A stretch of 64,000 nt of DNA from Terriglobia bacterium (GCA_963695545.1 OY968796.1:800001-864000); one strand, 5' to 3'; numbered from the stretch's first letter, positions 51,033-60,780 are shown. Notes: generated by a model from the sequence alone, not told the origin. A program made the numbers and translations.

Positions 51033-52364
51033 TTAGCGCGGCGCCTGCGCCGCGCCTTGACCGAAAACGCGCTGGAAGATCGCGTCTACCGAGCGAAGCT
51101 GGCGATCGAGATCGAATGCGCGCGCAATCGCCGCGGCGTCAAGAAATCGCGCGATGCGCGGGTCCGCGGCAATGCGCTCGCGAAAATTCGATTCCGCCTC
51201 CCACGCGGCCATGGCGTGCTCTTGCACCCACTTGTAGGAATCTTCACGCGGCGCTCCGGCTTCCACCAAATCCTGCAACAGCTGCCCCGAGAAAACCAAA
51301 CCGTGCGTGGCTTCAATGTTGCGCAACATGCGCGCCGGAAAAACGCGCATGCCGGCGATGACTTCCGTGGTGCGCGCGAGCATGTAGTCCGCGAGGATCG
51401 TGGAATCGGGCAGAATAATGCGCTCGACCGAGCTGTGCGAGATGTCGCGCTCGTGCCAGAGCGCCACGTCTTCAAGCACGGGCTGCGCGTTCGCGCGCAC
51501 CACGCGCGCCAGACCGCAAATTTGCTCCGAGGCGACGGGATTGCGTTTGTGCGGCATCGCGGAACTTCCACGCTGCTCGCCCGCGAACGGCTCCTCGGCT
51601 TCGCGAACTTCAGTGCGCTGAAGATGGCGAATCTCGAGAGCGAACTGCTCGAGCGTTGAGGCGATTTCGGCGAGCACGCAAACGTAGTGCGCGTGGCGAT
51701 CGCGCGCGATCACTTGCGTGCTCACCGGCGCAGGATCGAGACCCAGGCGCGCGCAAATCGCCGCTTCGACTTCGGGGCCGAGATGCGAAGAGTTGCCCAC
51801 CGCGCCCGACATTTTGCCGACAGCAAGATCGCGCGCGGCGTGGCCAAAGCGCGCGAGATTGCGGCGATTGGCGTCGAACCAATTCGCGAGTTTCAGGCCG
51901 AAGGTGATGGGCTCGGCGTGAATGCCGTGCGTGCGTCCGATCTGCGGCGTGTGCTGGAATTCGCGCGCGCGGCGCTCGAGCACTTCGCCGAGGCGCACAA
52001 GATCGTGCTCGATAATGCGCGACGCTTCGCGAATGGAAAGCGACTGCGCGGTGTCTACAACGTCGTTGGAAGTGAGCCCATAATGCAACCAGCGCGCTGC
52101 GCTGGGATCGCCGATGGTTTCGCCGACGGCCATCGTGAAAGCGATGACGTCGTGAAGCACTCGCGCTTCGATTTCCGCGATGCGCGCAACCACTCCGGCA
52201 TCCACGCGCGCGCGCTGGCGAATCGTCGCAGCCGCGTCTCGCGGCACAACGCCGCGCTCGGCAAGCGTTTCCGTCGCGGCGAGCTCCACTTCGAGCCAGC
52301 GCCGGAACTTGCTTTCCTCGCTCCAGACGCGGCCCATCTCTTCGCGCGTGTATCGCGGGATCAA
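51033..52364 (-). CDS. purB: Adenylosuccinate lyase
   Basis: IPRYT.EEM, HYGLTSNDVVDT, GRTHGIHAEP, GSSAMPHKRNP; SD GAAGGAG before TTG 52364. Confidence 0.97.
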   Translation of the reverse strand: MIPRYTREEMGRVWSEESKFRRWLEVELAATETLAERGVVPRDAAATIRQRARVDAGVVARIAEIEARVLHDVIAFTMAVGETIGDPSAARWLHYGLTSNDVVDTAQSLSIREASRIIEHDLVRLGEVLERRAREFQHTPQIGRTHGIHAEPITFGLKLANWFDANRRNLARFGHAARDLAVGKMSGAVGNSSHLGPEVEAAICARLGLDPAPVSTQVIARDRHAHYVCVLAEIASTLEQFALEIRHLQRTEVREAEEPFAGEQRGSSAMPHKRNPVASEQICGLARVVRANAQPVLEDVALWHERDISHSSVERIILPDSTILADYMLARTTEVIAGMRVFPARMLRNIEATHGLVFSGQLLQDLVEAGAPREDSYKWVQEHAMAAWEAESNFRERIAADPRIARFLDAAAIARAFDLDRQLRSVDAIFQRVFGQGAAQAPR

Positions 52365-52518
52365 TTCAGGCTCCTTCGGATTCAGCCGGCGCATCGCGGC
52401 CGGAACTTAGAAAACGGCGGGGAATTCCCTGTCCTATGATACCCGATGCGGCGCGATTTTCGGGCAAAAACCGGACTGTGCGTGCAATCAAGGGTGCTAT
52501 GCTGAATTTCGCTAACGA

Positions 52519-54597
52519 GTGAAATTGCAGGAGGCGCTGATGCGCCGGCCCGTACCCGCCGCAGTTGCCGCGGCATTACTTGCCATGACATTTGCCGCCG
52601 CCGTCCCGATCGCCACGCCGCAGGAGAAAACTCCTGCGCCGCGCGTTTACCTGGTGGGCCGAATCGGATCGTACGCCGTCGTGCAGGTGTATGCCGACGG
52701 ATTCGATCAGTTGACGCCGAACGAGCGCGTACTCGCCTATCATTTGGCCGAAGCTGGAATCGCCGGCGATCCCATTTATTACGATCAAATCGCGCCGTAC
52801 GGCCTGGAACTAAAACGTCTGCTGGAAGGAATCTGGACGCACCCGGAAGGAATTCCTCCCGCGACGCTCAAGAAAATTCAGGATTACACGCAGCTCTTCT
52901 GGATCGGGCACGGCAATTACAATCCCGACAGCTCCGAAAAGTTTCTGCCGGAATTCACGCAAGTTGAATTGCGCGACGCAGCGCGCCGCGCACTGCACAA
53001 CGGCGCCGATTTCGGCGTAAAGGACAACAAGGGTCTGGATTTTCTACTGGAGCGGCTGGATCAGCCGATTTTCGATGCTAATTTCCGCCCGCAATTGACG
53101 GTGAAGAATCCGCCGCCGGGCCAGGATATTTTGACGGCGAGCGCCAACAATCTTTATGAAAACGTCGCGCAGGACGATCTTGCCGGATTCACGGAGCACT
53201 ACGCACTGAACTCACGCCTCGAAAAGCGCGGCGGCCACGTCTTTGAGAACGTGTGGCGCGCGGGCACGCCGGACCGGCGCGTTCCGCCCGGACTCTACGC
53301 GGCGCAGATCGGACGCATCATTGAACATCTGGGCGCGGCGGCCGCCGTGGCGCCGCCGATGGAAGCCGCGGTTTACCTTAAATTGATTCGCTACTACGAA
53401 ACCGGCGAGAAGGCCGATTGGTACGACTACAACATCGCGTGGTTGCAGACGGCATCTACGGTGGATGCCATCAACGGATTCATCGAGGTGTATCTGGATC
53501 CGCGCGGCGAAAAAGGCGCGTACGAATCTGTCGTGAGTTTCGTGGACCAGAACGAGACGCAATTGATGCGTCAATTCGCCGCGAACGCCCAATATTTTGA
53601 GCAGCGCGCGCCGTGGCTCGATGAATATAAGAAGCAAAACGTTCAGCCGCCGGTCGCGAACGTGATCACCGTGGTCTCCGAAGCGGGCAACGGCGGACCG
53701 CTTTCCGCGGCGGGCATCAACCTGCCGAACGAGCAGGATATTCGCCAGCAATACGGAACCAAGAGCATGCTGCTTTTGAACGTGACGACGGCGTGGTCAC
53801 AAGCGGCCGGGCAGCGCGCGCTCGAGGAATTTGCGTCGAGCGATGAGGAAAAGGAGCGCGGGCGAAAATACGGCCTTGAGGTGCGGAAGCTCGTGATCGC
53901 CATGCATGAAGTTTTGGGGCACGGCTCGGGAAGTGTCAGCGAGAAACTCATGTCCGATCCGCGAACATATTTGAAGGAATACTACTCGACGCTTGAAGAG
54001 GCGCGCGCGGATCTGGTGGCGCTGTGGGATTTCACCGATCCGAAACTGACCGAGCTTGGAATACAAGATCAGCAGGAATTGATGAAGACGGCTTACGATG
54101 CCGAGGCGCGCGCGGCGCTCGTGATGCTCTATCGTTATCCGCAGGGCGATCAGATTGTGGAGGACCACGATCGCGGAACGCAGATGATCGTCGGCTACTT
54201 GATGGAGAATTGCGGATGCATTGAGGCGGTGACGCGCGACGGGAAGCTTTATCTGCACGTGACCGATTACGACAAAATGCATCAGGGAATCGGCACGTTG
54301 CTCGCGGAACTGATGCGCATCAAGGCTGAGGGCGATTATCCGGCGATCCAATCGCTGGTGGACACTTACGGCGTGAAGCTAAATCCCGAATGGCGCGATC
54401 AAGTGGTGGCGCGGGCGAAGGCCATCGATCTTCCGACGCGCGGGGTTTTTCTTTCGCCGCTGATCGAGCCGGTGTACGACGCCGCGCACCACGTTGTGGA
54501 TGCGCGCATCCATTATCCGAGCAGTCTTGCGGAAGTGATGCTCGAGTATTCGCGCGAGAGTCTCGGTTACCTGCCCGCGGCGCCGGCGGCGCAATAA
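52519..54597 (+). CDS. Dipeptidyl peptidase III (M49) with signal peptide
   Basis: NGFIEVYLDP.G.KG.YE, GINLPN, HEVLGH (HEXXGH), EEARAD. Confidence 0.92.
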   Translation: MKLQEALMRRPVPAAVAAALLAMTFAAAVPIATPQEKTPAPRVYLVGRIGSYAVVQVYADGFDQLTPNERVLAYHLAEAGIAGDPIYYDQIAPYGLELKRLLEGIWTHPEGIPPATLKKIQDYTQLFWIGHGNYNPDSSEKFLPEFTQVELRDAARRALHNGADFGVKDNKGLDFLLERLDQPIFDANFRPQLTVKNPPPGQDILTASANNLYENVAQDDLAGFTEHYALNSRLEKRGGHVFENVWRAGTPDRRVPPGLYAAQIGRIIEHLGAAAAVAPPMEAAVYLKLIRYYETGEKADWYDYNIAWLQTASTVDAINGFIEVYLDPRGEKGAYESVVSFVDQNETQLMRQFAANAQYFEQRAPWLDEYKKQNVQPPVANVITVVSEAGNGGPLSAAGINLPNEQDIRQQYGTKSMLLLNVTTAWSQAAGQRALEEFASSDEEKERGRKYGLEVRKLVIAMHEVLGHGSGSVSEKLMSDPRTYLKEYYSTLEEARADLVALWDFTDPKLTELGIQDQQELMKTAYDAEARAALVMLYRYPQGDQIVEDHDRGTQMIVGYLMENCGCIEAVTRDGKLYLHVTDYDKMHQGIGTLLAELMRIKAEGDYPAIQSLVDTYGVKLNPEWRDQVVARAKAIDLPTRGVFLSPLIEPVYDAAHHVVDARIHYPSSLAEVMLEYSRESLGYLPAAPAAQ

Positions 54598-54633
54598 ACC
54601 TGCGGCAAAACTCAAGCTCTCAAAACACAAACT

Positions 54634-55434
54634 CTAGAGTTCGATGGGATCGAGCGGGATTTGCTGAGAAGCGACCCAGAGCTTGCCGGCGAAATCGGCG
54701 CGGCGGCCGAGGGCTTCTTCAGCGGAGATGCGCGCGACGTCGGGATTGTTATTGTTTTCGGAGAGATGCGCGAGGACCAGGAAACGAGCGCGGGCGTCAA
54801 AGCCTTCGGCGTCGGCGAGAAATTCGCTGACGGTGTGATTGGAAAGATGGCCGGTGCGACTCATCACGCGCTGCTTGACGTGCCACGGATAGGGACCAAC
54901 CTTGAGCATTTCGAGATCGTGATTCGATTCGAGAACCAAACAATCGGAATCGCGCAAATGGTGTTTCACGAGTTCGGGCAAATAGCCGAGATCGGTGGCC
55001 ACGGCGACTTTCGATCCATTGGAACAGAAAGTGAAGCCCAAAGGATCGGCGGCATCGTGCGGAATCGAGAATGGCGAGACTTCGATATCGCCGACGATGA
55101 ATTTCTGCCCGGCGCGAATGTGTTCGACGCGCGTGAGGCGCTTGGCCGAGCCATCGGGCAGGATGCGTTCGATTTCGTAGTGCGTGGCTTCGGTGAGATA
55201 AACGGGCGCGCGCCAGAAAACCGAGGCTTGCACGAGGCCGCCGATGTGGTCGGAATGCTCGTGAGAGAGAACGATGCCGTCGAGTGTGTCCGGGCGGCAG
55301 CCGAGGGAATCGAGGCGGCGAAGAAGTTCTTTTTTGCTGAGGCCGGCATCCACGAGAAGTCGGGTGTGCTCGGTCTCAAGCAACGTGCAATTGCCTGAGC
55401 TGCCGGATGCGAGAATCGAAATCCTGAACGAGAT
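54634..55434 (-). CDS. MBL-fold metallo-hydrolase, YycJ/WalJ family (ATC start proposed; first canonical start TTG 55383)
   Basis: ILASGSSGN, VDAG, SHEHSDH, PHDA.DP, TDLG, LESNHD, GHLSN, LAHLS. Confidence 0.9.
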   Translation of the reverse strand: MSFRISILASGSSGNCTLLETEHTRLLVDAGLSKKELLRRLDSLGCRPDTLDGIVLSHEHSDHIGGLVQASVFWRAPVYLTEATHYEIERILPDGSAKRLTRVEHIRAGQKFIVGDIEVSPFSIPHDAADPLGFTFCSNGSKVAVATDLGYLPELVKHHLRDSDCLVLESNHDLEMLKVGPYPWHVKQRVMSRTGHLSNHTVSEFLADAEGFDARARFLVLAHLSENNNNPDVARISAEEALGRRADFAGKLWVASQQIPLDPIEL

Positions 55435-55570
55435 GCCGAGCCCCCAGATGACCTTAAAGCACTGCGCTCCGCGCAGCCAGGCGCGCGGACGAGCGCGCGG
55501 CGTCCGTTAAGGATGATCGCAAACTGCGCATCGGGCGTCAATGCGGTGGCTCGGCGATGCGCGGTGATGG

Positions 55571-56848
55571 TCATGAGGCGAGCAAGTCGCGAGTGAGATG
55601 GAAACCGTTGGGTGGGCCGACGACGGCTGCGGCGATTCGTTCGGGCGCGAAAGTTTCTTTGGCGATCTGCTGAATTTCTTCGGCGGTTACGGCTTCGATG
55701 GCCACGAGCAATTCTTCGACGCTGAAGAAACGGCCGAAATAGAGTTCGTGGCGGGCGAGTTGCGACATGCGCGCGCCGCTCGATTCAAGCGAGAGCACGA
55801 GCGAGCCTTTGAGCTGGTCTTTGCCGCGGCGCAACTCTTCGGCGGCGAGCGGTTCGTCGCGCAGGCTGCGAAATTCTTGGAGGACCGAGCGAATGAGCTG
55901 CTCGGCAGTTTTCGGCGCGGTGCCGGCGTAGACGGAGAGCACGCCGGCGTCGGAATAAGGATTGACGTCGCTGAACACGGAGTAGGCCAGGCCCTGGCGC
56001 TCGCGGATATTTTGAAAGAGGCGAGAAGACATGCCGCCGCCGAGGACGTTGTTGAGCAGAGAGAGGGCGAAGCGTCGCTCGTCGGCGATGCGATACGACG
56101 GAACGCCGAGGCAAATGTGCGATTGGCCGAGCTCGTTCTTGCTGCGCGAGACCAGCGCCGGCTCGGGACGCGGCGCGGGATCGATGGGCGCCTGAGGAAT
56201 CGATGACGAGGAGCCAAATTCGCGGGCGGCAAGTTCGACCAGGCGCGCGTGCTCGATGCGTCCGGCGGCGGTGATGATCGCGTTGTTCGGAGCGTAACCG
56301 GAGCGGAAGGTGTCGCAGAGCGCCTGGCGGGTGAAGGCGGAAACGCTTTCAGGCGTGCCGAGAATCGGGCGGCCGAGAGAATGCGCGGGCCAAAAACCCT
56401 GCGTGAATATTTCGTGCACGACGTACTCGGGATTATCTTCCTCCATGCGAATTTCCTCGAGCACGACCTGCTTTTCGCGCTGCAATTCCTCGCCGTCAAA
56501 GCGCGGGCGGAGAACCAGATCGGCGAGAAGATCGAAGGCGATGGGCAAGTGTTCGTCGAGGACCTTGGCGTTGTAGCAGACGATCTCTTTTTCAGTGAAG
56601 GCGTCAAGCAGGCCGCCGATGGAATCCATTTCGCGGGCGATTTGTTCGGCGGTGCGGCGCTCGGTGCCTTTGAAAAGCATGTGCTCGATAAAGTGGGAAA
56701 GACCGGCGCGGTCGGCGGGCTCGCGGCGCGAACCGGCGCGCAGCCAGATGCCAACGGAAACAGAACGCACGTGGGGCATGGGCTCGGTGACGATCACCAG
56801 ACCGTTGGGCAGAACATCGCGCTCGATTGTGCGTGCGGGTTCAGGCAT
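55571..56848 (-). CDS. M16 (pitrilysin-family) zinc peptidase
   Basis: GLSHFIEHMLFKGT (HXXEH), LGGGMSSRLFQ.IRE..GLAYSV. Confidence 0.95.
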   Translation of the reverse strand: MPEPARTIERDVLPNGLVIVTEPMPHVRSVSVGIWLRAGSRREPADRAGLSHFIEHMLFKGTERRTAEQIAREMDSIGGLLDAFTEKEIVCYNAKVLDEHLPIAFDLLADLVLRPRFDGEELQREKQVVLEEIRMEEDNPEYVVHEIFTQGFWPAHSLGRPILGTPESVSAFTRQALCDTFRSGYAPNNAIITAAGRIEHARLVELAAREFGSSSSIPQAPIDPAPRPEPALVSRSKNELGQSHICLGVPSYRIADERRFALSLLNNVLGGGMSSRLFQNIRERQGLAYSVFSDVNPYSDAGVLSVYAGTAPKTAEQLIRSVLQEFRSLRDEPLAAEELRRGKDQLKGSLVLSLESSGARMSQLARHELYFGRFFSVEELLVAIEAVTAEEIQQIAKETFAPERIAAAVVGPPNGFHLTRDLLAS

Positions 56849-56971
56849 GTGTTGGGTGTGAACTTGATTCTGGCACACGCTGGTTGCGAGCGCCACAGAG
56901 CCAGCGCGGGCTACGTCCTGCGAGCGGGTTCGAGGGGGTTTGCGCGTCACGGATGTCTCTCGATGAGCGGA

Positions 56972-57136
56972 GGGGTATATATACCCCCGGTATGTTTTTG
57001 CGAAAGTACTGAAACTACAGGGGATGCAGCAAAAGAGTGCGGATGAGTGTGAAAACGCAGGGAGTTAAAAATCAAGCTGTTCAATGAGTTGCGCACTCTT
57101 TTGCAATGGATTGAAAACAAAGGGGGTTGCGGGGGC
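56972..57136. repeat. Dispersed AT-rich intergenic element, copy C
   Basis: Perfect palindrome GGGGTATATATACCCC (56972-56987); GCAAAAGAGTGCG / CGCACTCTTTTGC inverted repeat; homologous to copies A and B. Confidence 0.85.
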
Positions 57137-57242
57137 ACTTTGCGCGTGTCAAACGCGCATTTCGGATGCCAAGGCTGTGAGGGGCGCGAGTGGGGGACCG
57201 GACGTGATGACAATTCGAAATGTACAAGGGCGAACATATACA

Positions 57243-57271
57243 ACCATAGCATATGTAAATTGTAATGTCAA
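57243..57271 (-). promoter_or_regulatory. Sigma70-type promoter of element copy C (may also drive the M16 peptidase)
   Basis: TTGACA, 17 nt, TATGGT with extended TGn. Confidence 0.65.
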
Positions 57272-57435
57272 TTAGTTTGTGAGTATTCGAAACAATTTCC
57301 ACAGGCACGCTTTGCTTACGGACCGGATGCATTTCCCAGAATCGCGCTATATCCAAGAAGTGGCGAGAGCAAGTCCGCCACCAATGTATAATCCCGTTTC
57401 CAATGGTGAGTTCCGCGCTGCGCGGGGAGGAATGA

Positions 57436-58350
57436 TTGTTCGATCCGAATCAACAGGTCTATCCCGATCGGCTGCCGCAGATTGTGCCGGCGTTCGGCGT
57501 GCGCGTGCGCGCGGATCTGGTGTTCACCGATGCCAAGGGAAAAGACAGTGCGGGGCAGAAGAAAATAGCGGAAAATGCGCTGGCGGGATTGCAGGCGATT
57601 CTGCCGCGGTTGATGGGGCCGAACGAGGTGGTGCTGGCGGTGGGGTTTGCGCAGGGACAAATTCCGATTTTCGAGCGGATGTTTCTTGGCTGGGGCGCTT
57701 ATCTGCTGGGACGGACTTGTTTGGTGGCGACCAACCGGGGACTGTTGCGATTCCGGATTCGCGGCAAGGGATTGTTCGGATGGGAGTGGGACAACGGAGT
57801 ACAAGGCATCGGCTGGGGAGACGTGGCGGAGGCTAAGGCAAAGGGCGGACTGGGAAGGCTGTTTGCGCTGCGCTACCGAAACAATCAGAAGGAAACCTAC
57901 TGGCGCCTGGCGGGAGTATTCGGCAAGAAACTTCAGACCCTGGCTCCGCTGCTGCTGAACGCGAATCTGGGAGAAGCGACCGCCGCGGGCGGACCGACGT
58001 CGCTGTGCCCGAAATGCCTCGCGCCACTGAACGCGGGCGTGTACCGGTGCGCGCAGTGCGGACAGGTATTTCGGGACGAAAAGAAATTGTTCTGGCGCAC
58101 GCTGCTGATTCCGGGCGGCGAATATTTTTATGTGCGTCAGTTTGGATTCGGGATTCTGCAGGCGTTTGTTGAGTTGATGGTGCTGGTGTACGCCGTCGTG
58201 CTTCTGGCTACGGCGGCCACCAGCGGCGGGGACGACGCAGTGACCGCCGCAGTGGCCGGCGCTTTCATATTCCTGGTGCTGATATTCCACAAATTGGCGG
58301 CCTACCAGCAATGCCGGCGGATGGTGCGAGGCTTCCTGCCCGCGAATTGA
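57436..58350 (+). CDS. Hypothetical membrane protein with zinc ribbon
   Basis: CPKC...CAQC followed by TM helices (LLIPGGEYFY); SD GGAGG before TTG. Confidence 0.7.
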   Translation: MFDPNQQVYPDRLPQIVPAFGVRVRADLVFTDAKGKDSAGQKKIAENALAGLQAILPRLMGPNEVVLAVGFAQGQIPIFERMFLGWGAYLLGRTCLVATNRGLLRFRIRGKGLFGWEWDNGVQGIGWGDVAEAKAKGGLGRLFALRYRNNQKETYWRLAGVFGKKLQTLAPLLLNANLGEATAAGGPTSLCPKCLAPLNAGVYRCAQCGQVFRDEKKLFWRTLLIPGGEYFYVRQFGFGILQAFVELMVLVYAVVLLATAATSGGDDAVTAAVAGAFIFLVLIFHKLAAYQQCRRMVRGFLPAN

Positions 58351-58365
58351 ATCTGCTGTCGTATC

Positions 58366-59469
58366 ATGGGTCGAGTATCCGCGGAAAACGCCATGCCGGT
58401 TGAATTACTCGGAAAATCGATGGAGGAACTGCGAGGCTACTTCGCGTCGCTGGGCGAGGCGCCGTATCGCGCGAGGCAGCTTTATCGCGCGCTATATGCG
58501 GAGCGGCGATTCGATTTCGCGGCGATGACCAATTTGCCGGCGGCGCTGCGCGCGCGGCTTGCGACGGAGGCGCGCATATCGCTGCCGCGCGTGATGCGGC
58601 GATTCCCTTCCGCGGATGGATCGGTGCGATTTCTGATGGCGCTCGAGGGGGACGCGGGGCGCGCGGCGCAAATCGAAGCGGTGTTTATGCCGGCGGATGG
58701 GCGGCAGACCATTTGCATTTCAACGCAGGCGGGCTGCGCGGTGGATTGCCATTTCTGCTTGACGGCACAGTTGGGATTGATTCGGAATTTGACGGCGGGA
58801 GAAATTGTGGGGCAGGCGCTGGTGGCGCTGGCGGAACACGGCGAAGCGGCGCTGGCACCGCGAACCAACATTGTTTTGATGGGGCAGGGCGAGCCGCTGC
58901 TGAATTACGACGCGGTAATGGCGGCGGTACGCATCATGTTGGACGCGGAGGGCATGGCGATTTCGCCGCGGCACGTGACGCTTTCAACGAGCGGGATTGT
59001 GCCGGGGATCGAGCGGCTGGCGACGGAGAGCGTGCGGCCGAAGCTCGCGATTTCGCTGAACGCGTCGACGGACGAACAGCGCGACGCGCTGATGCCGATC
59101 AATCGCAAATATCCGCTGGCGGCGCTACTGGAGGCATGCCGGCGATATCCGCTGCGGACGTGGGAATCGCTCACATTTGAATACGTGCTGCTAGGCGGAG
59201 TGAACGATGCGGTGGAAGACGCGCGACGCGTGGCGCGCTTGGTCGCGAATTTGCGCGCGAAGGTGAATCTGATTCCGTGGAATCCGGGGGCGCTGCCGTA
59301 TCGCTCGCCGGAGGCGTCGCGCGTGGAGGAGTTTCGGCGAACGCTGGTGGATAAAGGCGTGCCGGCGTTTGTGCGGTTATCGCGCGGGCAGGATGTGTTT
59401 GCGGCGTGCGGGCAATTGGCGCTGGTGGAGACGGGGGCGGGGGCGTTGCCGGTGATTCCGTCTCGGTGA
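58366..59469 (+). CDS. rlmN: 23S rRNA m2A2503 / tRNA m2A37 methyltransferase
   Basis: CISTQAGCAVDCHFC, MGQGEP, TFEYV, VNLIP, AACGQL. Confidence 0.96.
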   Translation: MGRVSAENAMPVELLGKSMEELRGYFASLGEAPYRARQLYRALYAERRFDFAAMTNLPAALRARLATEARISLPRVMRRFPSADGSVRFLMALEGDAGRAAQIEAVFMPADGRQTICISTQAGCAVDCHFCLTAQLGLIRNLTAGEIVGQALVALAEHGEAALAPRTNIVLMGQGEPLLNYDAVMAAVRIMLDAEGMAISPRHVTLSTSGIVPGIERLATESVRPKLAISLNASTDEQRDALMPINRKYPLAALLEACRRYPLRTWESLTFEYVLLGGVNDAVEDARRVARLVANLRAKVNLIPWNPGALPYRSPEASRVEEFRRTLVDKGVPAFVRLSRGQDVFAACGQLALVETGAGALPVIPSR

Positions 59470-59496
59470 CGCGCGCATTCTCATCTGAACAAAGGC

Positions 59497-59541
59497 GGGC
59501 GCAGGCAAGCCTGCCTGTCGGCAGGCAGGCTCCGCCCCTAC
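59497..59541 (-). repeat. GTAG-type REP element carrying a 20-bp palindromic insert
   Basis: Minus strand GTAG-GGGCGGAG-[CCTGCCTGCCGACAGGCAGG]-CTTGCCTGCGCCC. Confidence 0.6.
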
Positions 59542-59611
59542 AAAGGCAAAAGCAAAGGCGGCGTTAGCGCGGTCATCGGCAAGAGCAAGGCGGCGTTAGC
59601 TCAATCTATTT

Positions 59612-60565
59612 CTAGCGGTGGCGGATGCCGATTGCGGACATCAGGCGGCCTGTGGCGGCGCCTTCGCGGCGATAACTGAATAAAAGATCGGTGCGGCAGG
59701 CGGTGCAGAGCGGACTGACGGCGATGCGCGCGGAGGGGACACCGGCGTCAAGCAATTGCCAGCGATTCGCGGCGCGCAAATCGAGTTGCACGCGCGGCGG
59801 CGGAGGCTGGTGGCCGGGCGGCATCATGTTGAGCCACGGAAGAGGATTCGGTTCTTCGCCGGAGGAGAGGCGATCGAAGGGGCCTGCGAACCAATTTTTC
59901 GCGGCGCTGAATTGTGCTGCGAACAGTTGCGCGACTTCGGGGCCGACTTCGTAGCAGCACGGGCCGATCGAGGGGCCGAGCGCGGCGATGACGTCGGCGG
60001 GGCGCGTGCCGAATGACATGCGCATTTTGCCGAGCGTTTTTTGCGCGATGCGCGCGAGTGTGCCGCGCCAGCCGGCGTGGATGGCGGCGATGGCGCGGCG
60101 GCGCGTGTCGACAAGAAGGATTGGAACGCAATCGGCGGTTTGCACAGTTAACAGGATTCCGGGCGTTTGGGTGAGGAGCGCGTCGGCGCGCGGCGGCTGG
60201 GCGGGGATGCGCGGCTCGGAGATGACGTGAATCACATCGGAATGAAATTGGCGCGCGGCGGCGAAAGGCCAATCGGCGGCACCGAGCGCGGCGGCAAAAC
60301 GATGGCGGCGCGCGGCGACGGCGGGGCGGGAATCGCGCTCGGTGAAACCCAAATTAAATGGGGCGCTCTTCGCGCTGGCGGCGGTGTCAACGCGCGTGCT
60401 GAAACCGTGGACGAGCCAGGGGAGGCGCGCGAGCTGTGCGGATTCGAGCGTGCAGATGCCATGAGCGCGGCGGGACGTCCAAACTTCGGCGTCGGTGGAG
60501 GCGGGTCGCGCGGCGCGGGAGCGTGCCGGCTTTTTGTTGCGTGGCGTGCGTAGTTTGCGAGCCAT
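59612..60565 (-). CDS. pgeF: Peptidoglycan editing factor / YfiH-family purine nucleoside phosphorylase
   Basis: HGFSTR, QFHS, TADCVPIL, IHAGWRG, GPSIGPCCYEVG, FSYRR. Confidence 0.92.
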   Translation of the reverse strand: MARKLRTPRNKKPARSRAARPASTDAEVWTSRRAHGICTLESAQLARLPWLVHGFSTRVDTAASAKSAPFNLGFTERDSRPAVAARRHRFAAALGAADWPFAAARQFHSDVIHVISEPRIPAQPPRADALLTQTPGILLTVQTADCVPILLVDTRRRAIAAIHAGWRGTLARIAQKTLGKMRMSFGTRPADVIAALGPSIGPCCYEVGPEVAQLFAAQFSAAKNWFAGPFDRLSSGEEPNPLPWLNMMPPGHQPPPPRVQLDLRAANRWQLLDAGVPSARIAVSPLCTACRTDLLFSYRREGAATGRLMSAIGIRHR

Positions 60566-60780
60566 GATTATCACTCGACAACTTTCCGCGGCACGGAAAA
60601 GGCTGGAGACCTAAAGTTCTCCGCTGCGAAGGCCGCGAGGACGCGGCGCTGGACGGATTTCGCGCGGGAGCGACGGAAACGCGGGAGCGGCGGCCGCCGG
60701 AGCGCGCGGCCGGCGGATGTATAATTTTCAAGCGGCGCACACAATGTTTGGGGCGCCGGGGGAGACGGACGAACGCCGTT

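Noticed and set aside
56947..57252. Minus-strand ORFs through the repeat copies that share the peptide FHTHPHSF (also 30483-31178, 615-1631)
   Set aside because: Similarity follows from the DNA repeat; starts and lengths are inconsistent, no SD, and starts lie in or upstream of the predicted promoters
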